A DNA stretch of 64,000 nucleotides from an uncultured Lachnospiraceae bacterium (GTDB taxonomy: Bacteria > Bacillota > Clostridia > Lachnospirales > Lachnospiraceae). Position numbers and translations under genes: made by a program. The DNA is taken from contig CATJIO010000174.1 of NCBI GenBank assembly GCA_949740725.1, positions 8,137-72,136 of the forward strand. The letters run 5' to 3'. This document shows, one piece after another, positions 1 to 10,662 of the stretch (position 1 is the first letter of the stretch; each line of letters opens with the position of its first letter). The notes below the pieces were generated by a model. That model did no database searches. It saw only the letters and a program-made list of their open reading frames with translations, and was not told the origin of the DNA.

Positions 1-110
1 TACAGAAGAGCACGGGTTTGGATCTTCGGGTATTTGAGGATGCCATCACCTTTAAGATCGCCCTTATGGTGGTGAAATATATGAAATATATGGAAAGCCA
101 GGAATATTAA
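1..110 (+). CDS. 3' end of CdaR/PucR-family HTH regulator (partial)
   Basis: Frame from base 3 reads QKSTGLDLRVFEDAITFKIALMVVKYMKYMESQEY*; TGLDL is typical of the PucR C-terminal HTH; such a gene commonly precedes ftsE in Clostridia. Confidence 0.7.
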   Translation, partial: QKSTGLDLRVFEDAITFKIALMVVKYMKYMESQEY

Positions 111-113
111 GGC

Positions 114-830
114 ATGATTCGCCTGACGAATGTTAGCAAGATCTATGAGACAGGGAATAAGGCTCTCCGGGGGATTAACCTGACCATTAAAGATGGGGAA
201 TTCGTCTTTATCGTTGGACGGAGCGGATCCGGAAAGACTACGCTTTTAAAACTGCTGTTGAAGGAGATGGAGCCCAGCTCCGGTCGGATCGTAGTCAATG
301 ATGTGGAATTAGGCCGGATGAAGCGTCGTCACGTCCCCAGATACCGGAGAAGCCTAGGGGTGGTTTTTCAGGATTTCCGGCTGCTGAATGACCGGACTGT
401 CTTTGAGAATGTGGCTTTCGCCCAGCGGGTTATCGGAGAGTCGAATCGCTCCATAAAAGAATCGGTTCCCAGAATCCTTGGGCTGGTGGGCCTGTCCTCC
501 AAGTATAAGGTGTATCCAAGACAGCTTTCCGGCGGAGAGCAGCAGCGGGTGGCCATTGCCAGAGCATTGATTAATCGGCCGGAGGTGCTTCTGGCTGACG
601 AGCCCACCGGGAATCTGGACGGTTTTCATGCAGGGGAGATCATGAAGCTTTTGGAGGAAATCAACCGGCAGGGGACTACCGTCATTGTGGTCACTCACGG
701 CCAGGAGATGGTGGATTCCATGAAAAAGCGGGTGATCACCATGGATCGCGGACAGGTGGTAAGGGACACCAATCCTGTTCAGGAGCCCAGGGTTTCTACT
801 AGGAGATCACACAGGAGGGTTGAAAGCTGA
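114..830 (+). CDS. ftsE: Cell division ABC ATPase FtsE
   Basis: Walker [43 protein letters not shown]; followed by ftsX. Confidence 0.93.
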   Translation: MIRLTNVSKIYETGNKALRGINLTIKDGEFVFIVGRSGSGKTTLLKLLLKEMEPSSGRIVVNDVELGRMKRRHVPRYRRSLGVVFQDFRLLNDRTVFENVAFAQRVIGESNRSIKESVPRILGLVGLSSKYKVYPRQLSGGEQQRVAIARALINRPEVLLADEPTGNLDGFHAGEIMKLLEEINRQGTTVIVVTHGQEMVDSMKKRVITMDRGQVVRDTNPVQEPRVSTRRSHRRVES

Positions 831-875
831 CTTTCTAGCAGAAAGTACGTTACTAAGGCAAAAGGCGGTATCCGT

Positions 876-1784
876 ATGAGATTAAGCACATTTTTTTATT
901 GCCTGAAACAGGGCCTGATCAATATACGCAGAAATTTCCTTCATTCGCTGGCTTCCGCGGCTACGATTTCTGCGTGTATTTTTTTATTCTGTCTTTTCTT
1001 TGCCATTATTGGTAATGTGAGGCATTTCGCCCAGTCTGCGGAGACTACAGTTGGGATTACGGTGTTCTTTGACGAAAATTACACGGAAGAACAGATCTGG
1101 AAGGTGGGCGATTTGATCGCGGCCAGGCCAGAGGTGAGGGAGATGGACTTTATCTCGGAGGAGGCGGCCTGGGAAAACTTTCAGATGGAGTATTTTGCAG
1201 GAATGGAAGAGCTGGCAGAGGGGTTTGCGGAGGATAATCCTCTGGCAGGCTCTGCTTCCTTTGAAATCTTTTTGCACGATATCAGCACCCAGGATGAGAT
1301 GGTAGAATACCTCTCTTCCATACAGGGAATTCGAAAGGTAAATTATTCCAATTCTGTGGCAGAAGGCCTGGAAAATGCGAACCAGATGATTGGCATGGTA
1401 TCTGGCATGGTTATCGCTGTTTTGCTGGCAGTAGCGATTTTCCTAATCAGCAATACCATTTCCGTGGCGGCTGCTTTCCGGAAAAATGAGAACCGCATTA
1501 TGATGCTTATCGGCGCTACCAACAGCATTGTCCGGGCGCCTTTCCTGGTAGAGGGGCTTTTTTTAGGCATTGTGGGCGCGGTGGTGCCTTTGGCAGGGAT
1601 CTACTTCCTGTACCAAAAAGCTGTACAGTATATTATGGAGCATTATGTGATTATGAGCGGGATCTTTACCCCTATCCCTATCGAAAGCCTCCTTCCGGCC
1701 ATGGCTGGGGCGGCTTTTGCCCTAGGGGGCGGTGTGGGATTTTTCGTCAGCTTTTTTACTATACAGAAGCATTTGAAGCTGTAG
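876..1784 (+). CDS. ftsX: Cell division permease FtsX
   Basis: Four TM segments, NPL motif, ISNTI...GAT..IVRAPFLVEG; adjacent to ftsE. Confidence 0.92.
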   Translation: MRLSTFFYCLKQGLINIRRNFLHSLASAATISACIFLFCLFFAIIGNVRHFAQSAETTVGITVFFDENYTEEQIWKVGDLIAARPEVREMDFISEEAAWENFQMEYFAGMEELAEGFAEDNPLAGSASFEIFLHDISTQDEMVEYLSSIQGIRKVNYSNSVAEGLENANQMIGMVSGMVIAVLLAVAIFLISNTISVAAAFRKNENRIMMLIGATNSIVRAPFLVEGLFLGIVGAVVPLAGIYFLYQKAVQYIMEHYVIMSGIFTPIPIESLLPAMAGAAFALGGGVGFFVSFFTIQKHLKL

Positions 1785-1794
1785 TTAGGAAGAG

Positions 1795-3030
1795 GTGGGA
1801 AAGGTGAAACATTTAACAGGGAGACGTAAAATAGCCCTGAAGCGGATATGGGCTGGCGGGGCAATGTGTTTGCTGCTTGCGCTGTTTGCCTTTCCCGCCT
1901 ATGGAACAAAGCAGGATGTGGACACGGCAAAAAAAGAAGTTTCCGCCATAGAGGAAGAGAAGGAACGGGTGGAACAGACGTTGAAAGGTCTGGAGGGACA
2001 GAAGGCGGACACGGTGGAGTATGTGCGGCTGCTGGATGGGAATCTGGAGGCGATCAGCGATGAGCTGGAGCTCCTGGGAAGTCAGACTGCAGCCAAGGAG
2101 GAGGAGATCCACGCCACCCAGGCACAGCTTGAAGAGGCGCGCCGGACGGAGGAGCAGCAGTATGCTTCCATGAAATTGCGTATAAAATATATGTATGAAA
2201 AGGGTGACACCAGTTTTCTGGATCTTTTGATGGAATCCAGGGATTTCGCAGAGCTGCTTAACCGGGCAGAATATGTGAGCAAGATATCGGAGTATGACCG
2301 GGAACAGCTGGATCTCTATGTGGCGACCAAGGAGGCCATCGCTGAACATGAACGTGTCCTGGAGGCAGAGCATCAGGAGCTCCTGAGTCTTCAGGAGGCG
2401 GCCCAAGCCAAGCAGGCGTCGGTGGAACAGCTTCTGGCCGCCAAGCAGCAGGAATTAAAAAATTACGAAGCGAAGATTGCCTCGGCACAGGTGCAGATCG
2501 ATCAGTATCAAAAGGATTTGGCGGCACAGGAGGCTAAGATAAAACAGCTGGAGGAAGAAATCCGGCGAAAAGAGGAGGAAGAGCGAAAGCGTGCCCAGGA
2601 AGCGGGAAAATCGTATACTACGGCCAATTTAGGGAATATTAAGTTTATATGGCCATGCCCTTCCAGCTCCAGGATAACCTCCGGTTTTGGGAGCCGAAGC
2701 TCTCCTACAGAGGGGGCTTCCGCCAATCACCAGGGAATTGACATCGGCGCAGCAACAGGAAATGATATTCTAGCTGCGGCAGACGGCACGGTGACCATTG
2801 CCACCTATAGCTATTCTGCAGGGAATTATGTGATGATCAGTCATGGAGGAGGAATTTCCACGGTGTATATGCACTGCTCAAAGCTGAATGTATCAGCGGG
2901 GCAGGCGGTGAAGCAGGGGCAGGTGATCGGGGCAGTGGGATCCACTGGTTATTCGACCGGGCCGCATCTGCATTTCGGTATCCGAAGCGGCGGCACTTAT
3001 GTGAATCCGTCCCAGTATGTCAGTCCTTAG
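1795..3030 (+). CDS. Coiled-coil M23 peptidase / EnvC-like murein hydrolase activator
   Basis: Signal peptide, long coiled coil, HQGID...YMHCS...STGPHLHF M23 motifs. Confidence 0.88.
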   Translation: MGKVKHLTGRRKIALKRIWAGGAMCLLLALFAFPAYGTKQDVDTAKKEVSAIEEEKERVEQTLKGLEGQKADTVEYVRLLDGNLEAISDELELLGSQTAAKEEEIHATQAQLEEARRTEEQQYASMKLRIKYMYEKGDTSFLDLLMESRDFAELLNRAEYVSKISEYDREQLDLYVATKEAIAEHERVLEAEHQELLSLQEAAQAKQASVEQLLAAKQQELKNYEAKIASAQVQIDQYQKDLAAQEAKIKQLEEEIRRKEEEERKRAQEAGKSYTTANLGNIKFIWPCPSSSRITSGFGSRSSPTEGASANHQGIDIGAATGNDILAAADGTVTIATYSYSAGNYVMISHGGGISTVYMHCSKLNVSAGQAVKQGQVIGAVGSTGYSTGPHLHFGIRSGGTYVNPSQYVSP

Positions 3031-3118
3031 GGTAGCATATCCCAGGGCTTCCCGGGTTACTGGCGTGAACAGCAGTAACGAAAAATCGTTGGTTAGCGAC
3101 AGATAGGAGATAAAAGCA

Positions 3119-4570
3119 TTGGAAAGCGGAAATAAATTTTGGAAGGGTATATTAATCGGTTCGCTGGTGACGGCCTTTGCAGGTCTGATGATAGTGGGGA
3201 TGTCGGCTGGGATTTTCCTGGTGGGTAGAAGTATGATTCATAATCAGGTCCAGGCCCAGAGCAGCGAGTCTCCGGAAAACGGGGAGATCCACTGGGGACA
3301 GGTAGAGTCCAAGGCAAAGCGGATCCAGAGTATTGTTCAGGAATACTTTTTATTTGACGAGGATAGGGAAGAAGTGGAAGAGTTTATCTATAAAGGGTTG
3401 ATGGCAGGCCTTAAGGATCCCTACTCGGTGTATTATACAAAGGAAGAATTCGCTGATTTAATGGAGGATACTTCTGGAGAGTACTGCGGGATCGGGGCCA
3501 TGGTCTCCAAAAACCCAAATACTGGAACTGTATCCATCGCTAAGGTCTTTGAAGGAACCCCGGCCGAAGAGGCTGGGCTGCAAAACGGTGATATTTTTTA
3601 CCAGGTGGATGAGATAGAGGTGACTGCTGACATAGATTTGGATATTCTGGTAAAGCAGCATGTGAAGGGCGAGGAGGGGAGTACGGTCCATTTAAAAATG
3701 TACCGGCCGTCTCTGGAGGACTTTGTGGAAATGGATGTGGTGAGGCGTCAGATCGAGGTTCCCACAGTAGAGTGGAAGATGCTGGCGGATCAGGTGGGCT
3801 ATATTACGATCAGCCAGTTTGACGAGATTACCTCGGGACAGTTTGCCGCCGCACTGGATGAACTGGAAAGTGAGGGGATGGAAGGTTTGCTTATCGATCT
3901 TAGGGGTAATCCGGGCGGAGTACTGGACGCAGCGGTGGAAATGATCGATTATATGCTCCCGGATGATTTAGACCAGTATTCCCAGGAGAAGGGGAAAACG
4001 CTGATCGTATCTACAGCAGATAAACAGGAAAAGGGCCAAAAGTATTACTGCAGTGACGGGCACAGCGTGGATATTCCAACGGTGATCCTGATTGACGGCA
4101 ATTCCGCCAGTGCGTCAGAGGTGTTCTCTGGAGCGCTTCGGGACTATGGCCGGGCAGATTTGGTGGGAACCACCACCTTTGGAAAGGGGATCGTCCAGAC
4201 GCTCCTGCCACTGGGAGATGGATCTGCAGTAAAGATGACCACAGCCCACTACTACAGTCCCAGCGGCTATGATCTTCATGGCATTGGATTAGAGCCGGAT
4301 GTGGAAGTGGCCTATGAACCGCCCCAGACGGAGAAAGCAGAACTCAAGGAAGAGGAGGAGAGGCCACAGCCAGGTCAAGATAATGAGGCTGTGGAAAAGA
4401 TAGACGGCCAAGATGGGGAAAGCAGCGGGCAGGACAAGGAAGAGAAGCAGACGGAAGACGGCGCTACCCAAGTGTTCCAGGAGGAGGAATTTGATAACCA
4501 GCTGGAGAAGGCTCTGGAAGTACTGAAGGAGAAGATAAAGAAGGCCCAGAGGATGGCGCCAGCAGCATAG
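3119..4570 (+). CDS. ctpA: S41 carboxyl-terminal processing protease (CtpA-like)
   Basis: N-terminal TM, PDZ domain, DLRGNPGG, SASASE, TFGKG; TTG start with GGAG RBS. Confidence 0.88.
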   Translation: MESGNKFWKGILIGSLVTAFAGLMIVGMSAGIFLVGRSMIHNQVQAQSSESPENGEIHWGQVESKAKRIQSIVQEYFLFDEDREEVEEFIYKGLMAGLKDPYSVYYTKEEFADLMEDTSGEYCGIGAMVSKNPNTGTVSIAKVFEGTPAEEAGLQNGDIFYQVDEIEVTADIDLDILVKQHVKGEEGSTVHLKMYRPSLEDFVEMDVVRRQIEVPTVEWKMLADQVGYITISQFDEITSGQFAAALDELESEGMEGLLIDLRGNPGGVLDAAVEMIDYMLPDDLDQYSQEKGKTLIVSTADKQEKGQKYYCSDGHSVDIPTVILIDGNSASASEVFSGALRDYGRADLVGTTTFGKGIVQTLLPLGDGSAVKMTTAHYYSPSGYDLHGIGLEPDVEVAYEPPQTEKAELKEEEERPQPGQDNEAVEKIDGQDGESSGQDKEEKQTEDGATQVFQEEEFDNQLEKALEVLKEKIKKAQRMAPAA

Positions 4571-4757
4571 AAGATTTTGCACGAGAGGAAAACAACGAGA
4601 GTTAGATAAAAGAAAAAGGCTGCAGCAAAGCTAAAGCGTGATATCCGATAGGAATCCGCAGGCTTTGCGCAGCCGCTTTTTATGCAGTTTTCCTTCTGAA
4701 ATACATAACCGTTTAAGCTGGCATCTTTCCTGCTTGCCTGCTTCCTCCGCTGGAATG

Positions 4758-5795
4758 CTACTGAAATGCCGCTGCCAGCCTCCGGAAATCCTCCGCAAAC
4801 TGCTGCACCGCGTCTTCTCTAGTAGCCCAGGAAGTGACGAAACGGACAGCGGTGTGCTCCTCGTCTACGACCTGCTGATCCTGAAATTCGTAGCTCTCCC
4901 GCAGCTTTGCAATGAGGACATTGGGCAGGATGGGGAACTGCTGGTTGGTACAGGACTGGGAAAAGAAGGGGAAGCCACAATCTGCGAACGTCTTCTTTAG
5001 CACAGCGGCAGTTTCGTTGGCGTGAGAGGCCATCTCATAAAATAAATCATGTTGAAATAATTCTTCAAACTGGATTCCCAGGAGAAAGCCCTTGGCCAGC
5101 ATGGCTCCCTTCTGCTTGATCATAAACCGGAAATCTGGCTTAAGATCAGGATGGAGGATCACCAGCGCCTCGCCAAACAGGGCGCCGTTTTTCGTGCCGC
5201 CGATATAGAATACGTCGGTCAACCGGGCAATATCAGCCATGGTTAAGTCATTGGCCGGGCTGGTTAAGGCTGCGCCTAGACGGGCGCCGTCCAGGAACAG
5301 ATACAGATTTTTCTGCCGGCAGAAGGCGGACAGAGCTTCCAACTCTGCCAGAGTATACTGAGTACCCAGCTCGGTGGTATTGGAGATGTAGACCATCTTA
5401 GGCTGCACCATGTGCTCATCAATGTGCCAGTCTAAGGTCTTCTGGATCATGTCCGGGGTCAGCTTTCCATCGGGAGTGGGCTGAGTTAATACTTTGTGGC
5501 CGGTAGACTCGATGGATCCAGTTTCGTGGACATTAATATGGCCAGTCTCCGCGGCGATAACTGCCTGATGGGGACGGAGTGCAGCGCTGATGGTGATCAT
5601 ATTCGTCTGGGTTCCACCGACGATGAGATGGATGTCCGCGTCGTTTTGTTTGATTTCTTTACGAATCAGCTCTTTGGCATGTTCGGTGTGGGTATCTAGG
5701 CTGTAGCCTGCATGTTGGATTAGGCTGGCCTGGATGAAGGATTCCAAGATCTTTGGATGTGCGCCTTCACTGTAATCATTATTAAAACAGTACAT
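4758..5795 (-). CDS. ltaE: Low-specificity L-threonine aldolase (PLP)
   Basis: FNNDYSEG, GGTQTN, HETG, LDGARL, GGTKNG motifs. Confidence 0.88.
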   Translation of the reverse strand: MYCFNNDYSEGAHPKILESFIQASLIQHAGYSLDTHTEHAKELIRKEIKQNDADIHLIVGGTQTNMITISAALRPHQAVIAAETGHINVHETGSIESTGHKVLTQPTPDGKLTPDMIQKTLDWHIDEHMVQPKMVYISNTTELGTQYTLAELEALSAFCRQKNLYLFLDGARLGAALTSPANDLTMADIARLTDVFYIGGTKNGALFGEALVILHPDLKPDFRFMIKQKGAMLAKGFLLGIQFEELFQHDLFYEMASHANETAAVLKKTFADCGFPFFSQSCTNQQFPILPNVLIAKLRESYEFQDQQVVDEEHTAVRFVTSWATREDAVQQFAEDFRRLAAAFQ

Positions 5796-5856
5796 TGATG
5801 TATCCTCCTTGTTGTGCGGGTTGGCATAATATGGTACGGCTGCCTATAGGGCAAAT

Positions 5857-6627
5857 TTACACAGGAATAGAAAACAACTGATTCTCCTTTCTCCCGCCGC
5901 ACTTACTCTTCATCTTTAGCCCAGCGGCAGTAAGGAGCAGCTTATCCAGTTTTCTGGTATGTTGGGGACAGGCTGACACACAGTGCATGCAGGAGATGCA
6001 GAGATCCTTTTTCACCTTATCCGGCTGATCAGCGGGGATGGCCTGCACCGGGCATTCTCTGGCGCAGATGCCGCAGCTGCTGCAGTTGTGCCCCACAGGA
6101 TTCATAGGGATAGTATGGTAGGTCTTGTAGGGACGGTTCCCGGGAACAGGCGGAGCATCAAGAGGCGTGTGCCGCTCTAATGAGGAGCGGATCTGCTGGG
6201 CAAAACAGGTCAGCTCCGCCTGATCTGTATCATCGGGCCGGTTCTGGGCAAATTGGGGGAAGATGGAGTGCTGAGCCACGGCACTGATGGCGGCTACAGG
6301 GGAGAAACCAGCATCGGAGAGAATATCGGCAAGCTCCACCAAGGTATCTTCAAAAGCCCGGTTTCCGTAGACGGTGACCAGGATGGCAGCTGCGCGGCCA
6401 CCCTGCATCTGGCGAAGCCTCTCGGCGGCAATGGCAGGGACGCGTCCTCCGAAGGAGGGGACAGCTACAATGCAGAGATCCTCCGGTGTAAAGGCAAAAT
6501 GGTAGGCGTTATCGCCTGGCGGGAGAAGGTCTATGGTTTCGCTTTCCCAATTCCAGGTCTGGCTGATGATTTGGGCGACTTGCTTAGTCCCTCCGGTAGG
6601 GCTGAAATAAATTGGGTATAATTTCAT
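5857..6627 (-). CDS. EFR1-type ferredoxin (flavodoxin-like domain plus two 4Fe-4S clusters)
   Basis: True start MKLYPIYFSPTGGT at 6627 with GGAGGA RBS (ORF track over-extends to 6924); VYGNRAFED; CxxCxxCxxxCP twice. Confidence 0.85.
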   Translation of the reverse strand: MKLYPIYFSPTGGTKQVAQIISQTWNWESETIDLLPPGDNAYHFAFTPEDLCIVAVPSFGGRVPAIAAERLRQMQGGRAAAILVTVYGNRAFEDTLVELADILSDAGFSPVAAISAVAQHSIFPQFAQNRPDDTDQAELTCFAQQIRSSLERHTPLDAPPVPGNRPYKTYHTIPMNPVGHNCSSCGICARECPVQAIPADQPDKVKKDLCISCMHCVSACPQHTRKLDKLLLTAAGLKMKSKCGGRKENQLFSIPV

Positions 6628-6664
6628 TGGTAAATCCTCCTGTGTTCCTGATTCGCTTTGGGTG

Positions 6665-7867
6665 TTAATCGGCGTCTTTTTTCTCCGCCAGGAGATCCCG
6701 GTAAAAACCGTCCAGCTCTTTCTTGGTCTTAAAGGTAGCGATGTACATGTGGTTTCCCATGGCATCTGCAAGAACTTCCGGGAGCCGGCCTTCCATCTTG
6801 ATCCGATTCTTATATTTCTCCAAAATTTCCTCGCGACGCATAACATAATTTTTCTCGTCCCTGAGCCCTGCAAAGGCGCAGTATCCATGCTCGCCAACCA
6901 GCTTAGTGGACTGGTCAAAGGCAATCATGTCTGCCCAGATTTTATAGACGTCAGTATTGTGTGCAAAGTTGATCATATCTGGTGTAAATCCGCCGCAGGG
7001 GCGCATATTCACTTCCAATGCCACCAGATCCCCTTTTTTCCCAATAGGCTGCTCCTTTAACAAGCGAAAGAATTCGAAGTGGACGAAGCGGCTTTTTACA
7101 CCAAAGCTCTTTACCGCTGCCCGTCCGGCATTTAATACATCTGCAGGAAGCTTTTTCACAATATAATAAATGGAATTATCCCCGTTATTGACAATATCCA
7201 TGATCGAGCAGGGAGTCACATTACCGGTTTCAAACATGGGATTTCCATGAGAGTCAATGATCGCGTCATAGGAATTAACCTCGGCGTCAATGAATTCTTC
7301 CATAATGTAAGGGGTGCCTGGGTGACGTTCATGGAGGAAGCGCAGAAGCTCGTCTTTATCGCTGAGCTTATAGGTATGGGCTGCGCCTACGCCATTATCC
7401 GGCTTTACGATCACAGGATATCCTACCTCCCGGATAAATGCGGTACAGCTTCTCTCGTCATCTACTAGGTGATATCTGGCAGCAGGGATCCCTGCTATCC
7501 GATAATACTCTTTCATTTTTGATTTGAATTTGATCCGGGGGATATCCTCCTCCTGGAATCCACTGGTAATGTGGAAGTCTGTGCGGAATCTGGCGTCTCT
7601 CTCCAGCCAGTACTCATTATTGGATTCCAGCCAGTCAATGCGGCCATGCTTGTAGATGAAAAAGGCGATGCCTCGGTATACCTCATCATCATTTTCCAGA
7701 TTACTTACCTTATAATATTCGTTCAGGCTGTCTTTCAGATCTTGGCTCAGCTCATCATAGGGCTGATCGCCGATACCCAGTACATTCATGCCGTTTTTCT
7801 TTAATTCGCGGCAGAATTGCCAATAGTTTGTGGGGAAATTTGGAGAAATAAAAATCACATTTTTCAT
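6665..7867 (-). CDS. ATP-grasp domain protein of unknown substrate
   Basis: GYPVIVKPDNGVGA, YIMEEFI, HFEFF, LEVNMRP ATP-grasp motifs. Confidence 0.8.
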   Translation of the reverse strand: MKNVIFISPNFPTNYWQFCRELKKNGMNVLGIGDQPYDELSQDLKDSLNEYYKVSNLENDDEVYRGIAFFIYKHGRIDWLESNNEYWLERDARFRTDFHITSGFQEEDIPRIKFKSKMKEYYRIAGIPAARYHLVDDERSCTAFIREVGYPVIVKPDNGVGAAHTYKLSDKDELLRFLHERHPGTPYIMEEFIDAEVNSYDAIIDSHGNPMFETGNVTPCSIMDIVNNGDNSIYYIVKKLPADVLNAGRAAVKSFGVKSRFVHFEFFRLLKEQPIGKKGDLVALEVNMRPCGGFTPDMINFAHNTDVYKIWADMIAFDQSTKLVGEHGYCAFAGLRDEKNYVMRREEILEKYKNRIKMEGRLPEVLADAMGNHMYIATFKTKKELDGFYRDLLAEKKDAD

Positions 7868-7983
7868 AACTCATCCTCTTATTTTGGAAGTATTTCGTAC
7901 GTTTACTTGTCCCGCCATTGCGATGCGCCCCATCTAAATATGATTTCCTTGCCTTTGCCAAAAGGGACAAAGAATATGGGACA

Positions 7984-8745
7984 TTACTCAGCCTGCCCCA
8001 GCATATAGGGGACAAAATAATCCACTTGCTTATACCACCAGTACCAGTCGTGGCTGCAGTCGTAGCCCCAGTAATCCACCCAGAGGTGAATTCCCTTTTG
8101 CTGGAGAATCTGGTGGAGCTGCCTGGTAGAATCTGGGATCTCCCATGGCCCTTGTCCCACACAGATCACTGCCTTCCGTTCATTGTACATGGGAATATAT
8201 GGATGATTTTCTGGCATGTTGGGCAGGAAATGGATGGGGGAATTATGGTATACCAGCTCATTCATGTAGTAGCCAAATCCGTATTCTGCCGTATAGATGC
8301 CGCTTAAAGCCAGCAGGCCGTCGAATCGGTCAGGAAAGCGGAAAAATAAGTTGGCGGCATGGGTGGCGCCCAGGCTGCAGCCAAAGGCGATGATTCCCGG
8401 GAATCCATCCCAGCCATTTTTCTGCTTTACCATATTGCCGATAAAGGGAACCACCTCGTTTACAATGTACTGAATCCACTGCTCATAGCGCCAGATTCGC
8501 CAGCCGGGATCCCCGCGCTTGTTGGACCAGGTCTCCCGGTCTACTGAGTCGATCGCAAATACCATCACCTGCCCAGAGTCAATCCAGGGCTTCCAGGCAT
8601 CCGTCATTTTATAATTTTCAAAATCATAAAACCGGCCATCCTGGCAGGGAATGAACAACACCGGCCGTCCTCCGTGGCCATAAACCTTGCATTCCATTTC
8701 CTGGTTTAATGCCGGACTGTAATCTTTAACGTATTGTGTTTCCAT
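7984..8745 (-). CDS. Esterase family alpha/beta hydrolase
   Basis: GCSLG nucleophile elbow, SHDW catalytic His region; likely start ATG at 8745. Confidence 0.8.
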   Translation of the reverse strand: METQYVKDYSPALNQEMECKVYGHGGRPVLFIPCQDGRFYDFENYKMTDAWKPWIDSGQVMVFAIDSVDRETWSNKRGDPGWRIWRYEQWIQYIVNEVVPFIGNMVKQKNGWDGFPGIIAFGCSLGATHAANLFFRFPDRFDGLLALSGIYTAEYGFGYYMNELVYHNSPIHFLPNMPENHPYIPMYNERKAVICVGQGPWEIPDSTRQLHQILQQKGIHLWVDYWGYDCSHDWYWWYKQVDYFVPYMLGQAE

Positions 8746-8750
8746 TTCCT

Positions 8751-9521
8751 TCACGATCCTTTCTCATACAGCAGTGTATTCATAAAAAAGGGGAGCTGTC
8801 TCTCCCAACTGGCCTCGCAGTGAGTTCCTCCTGGAACCAGACGGCAGGTTAGCAGGATACCCTTATCCATCAGTTTGGCGGCGATAATTCCAAAATCCTT
8901 TTGCATTCCCGGATGATTGCAGAATTCCTCTTGCCCGTAATCCATATACAGCACAGTATCCTTTTCGACCCGGGCCAGGGTAATCATATCCTGGATCTTA
9001 TCTGCCGCGGTCCATAAGGAGGGGGAGAGCGCAGCCGCCCGGGAATAGACAAAATTATATTGAATCAGCCCATAAAGGCTCATCAGCCCGCCCATGGAGC
9101 TGCCGGCGATCCAGGTATGTTCTCGTCCTGGCAGGGTCCGATAATGCTGGTCAATGGTTGGCTTCAAGGTATGTACCATCCAGTCCATGGTGACTTTCCC
9201 CAGGCCGGTGATCCGCCCAAGCTGGGGATCCTGGAAGGAGAAAGGGGAATATTCCCTTAGCCGCCCGTGATCCGGGCTGTGGTTGCACTCTACAGCGGCC
9301 ACGATGATCTGATCCTGGGTACTGTCCAGATATTCCTTCATTCCCCATGATTTTCCATAGGTGGCATCCTGATCGAAAAATACATTATGACCGTCAAACA
9401 TATATAAAACCGGATAGCGCTTTTCATGGTCCCATTCATAGGAGTCCGGCAGATAAAGGTAAACATTCCGCTGTTCAATTCCAGTCAGCTCCGGTATGGT
9501 AATCTTCCATTTTTTTACCAT
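8751..9521 (-). CDS. Alpha/beta hydrolase (esterase)
   Basis: RYPVLYMFDGHN, GSSMGG, GGTHCE; start MVKKWK at 9521 with AAGGA RBS. Confidence 0.82.
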   Translation of the reverse strand: MVKKWKITIPELTGIEQRNVYLYLPDSYEWDHEKRYPVLYMFDGHNVFFDQDATYGKSWGMKEYLDSTQDQIIVAAVECNHSPDHGRLREYSPFSFQDPQLGRITGLGKVTMDWMVHTLKPTIDQHYRTLPGREHTWIAGSSMGGLMSLYGLIQYNFVYSRAAALSPSLWTAADKIQDMITLARVEKDTVLYMDYGQEEFCNHPGMQKDFGIIAAKLMDKGILLTCRLVPGGTHCEASWERQLPFFMNTLLYEKGS

Positions 9522-9538
9522 GATGATCTTCCTTTCTT

Positions 9539-10585
9539 CTAAGAGAGTAGGATGGCGTCCCCACGCTCCATCACCAGACGATAGCCTGCTCTCTGCACCC
9601 TTTGCTCCAGGCTGCCCAAGCACTCTGCCGCCTCTTCTCCAGTGCAGATTTTATTATCATACAGGTCATACTGCTTACGGTTCTTTATAGGGGACAGATT
9701 GGGCATGATCACATTCGCCCCGGCGGCCAGCCCCTTTTCTCTGCCCTCCGGATCCAGTGTGCCCAGGGCTGTGGTGGCAGGCAGAAGTACTCTTGGCAGG
9801 AGAATGCGGATAAGGGATAACAGGTATACGGTCAACTCCACGCTTCCTGCCGGTTCCCCGGCGAAGGGCGTATTGTGGTGAGGGATAAATGGGCCAATTC
9901 CTACCATATGGGGATTCAATTCCTTTAAAAACAGCAGATCTTTTGCCAGATCTTCCGGCTGCTGACCGGGGGAGCCGACCATAAATCCGGCGCCGGTCTG
10001 AAATCCCAGTTGTTTGAGCTGGAGAAGGCACTGTTTCCGATGCTCCAGACTCATTTCCGGCGGATGAAGACGGCGATAATGAGTTGAGTCAGCTGTCTCG
10101 TGGCGCAGCAGATATCGGTCTGCTCCAGCCTCCCGAAACTGCCGATAGCTGTCATAGGATTGTTCACCAATGGACAGGGTGAGGGCGCAGTCGGGATGTG
10201 CCTCCTTGATGGAACGGATGATGTCAGCCATCCGCTCATCAGTAAAATGAGGATCCTCGCCGCCCTGAAGCACAAAGGTGCGAAATCCCAGGGCATAGCC
10301 CTGGCGGCAGCAGTCCAGAATCTCCTCTTTGGTCAAACGGTAGCGGTGGGCGTTGAGATTGTCCCGGCGGATTCCACAGTAATAGCAATTATTTTTGCAA
10401 TAATTAGAAAATTCGATGAGGCCCCGGATATATACTTTATCCCCGTAATAGCTTCGGCGGATTGCCACCGCCGCTTCCCGCAGCCGCCGTACAGCCAGAG
10501 GATCTGTAGACTGATGAATCAACTGGACATAGTCCTCGCGGGTCAAATTCTGTCCCTGAATCAGTTTTTCTGTCACATCCATCAT
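9539..10585 (-). CDS. hydE: [FeFe]-hydrogenase maturase HydE (radical SAM)
   Basis: RGLIEFSNYCKNNCYYCG, VLQGGED, YLLRHET, GANVIMPN, YDLYDNKIC. Confidence 0.85.
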   Translation of the reverse strand: MMDVTEKLIQGQNLTREDYVQLIHQSTDPLAVRRLREAAVAIRRSYYGDKVYIRGLIEFSNYCKNNCYYCGIRRDNLNAHRYRLTKEEILDCCRQGYALGFRTFVLQGGEDPHFTDERMADIIRSIKEAHPDCALTLSIGEQSYDSYRQFREAGADRYLLRHETADSTHYRRLHPPEMSLEHRKQCLLQLKQLGFQTGAGFMVGSPGQQPEDLAKDLLFLKELNPHMVGIGPFIPHHNTPFAGEPAGSVELTVYLLSLIRILLPRVLLPATTALGTLDPEGREKGLAAGANVIMPNLSPIKNRKQYDLYDNKICTGEEAAECLGSLEQRVQRAGYRLVMERGDAILLS

Positions 10586-10662
10586 TGTCTGCTCCTTTTC
10601 TAATGTTGAACATTGTGGGTAAATCTTTTATGGGAAGCTGTAAAAGTGTGAACAGCAACGAT

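Noticed and set aside
4310-4495. Acidic low-complexity insert in CtpA
   Set aside because: In-frame disordered linker with no repeat or mobile-element signature
5857-6924. 355-aa ORF as given in the track
   Set aside because: The N-terminal 99 aa overlap the ATP-grasp gene in another frame; the real start with RBS is at 6627
6665-10585. Pyrrolysine biosynthesis (PylB-like radical SAM plus PylC-like ATP-grasp)
   Set aside because: The radical SAM protein carries the HydE C-terminal YDLYDNKIC motif; no pylD, pylS or pylT; the ATP-grasp protein belongs with the esterases
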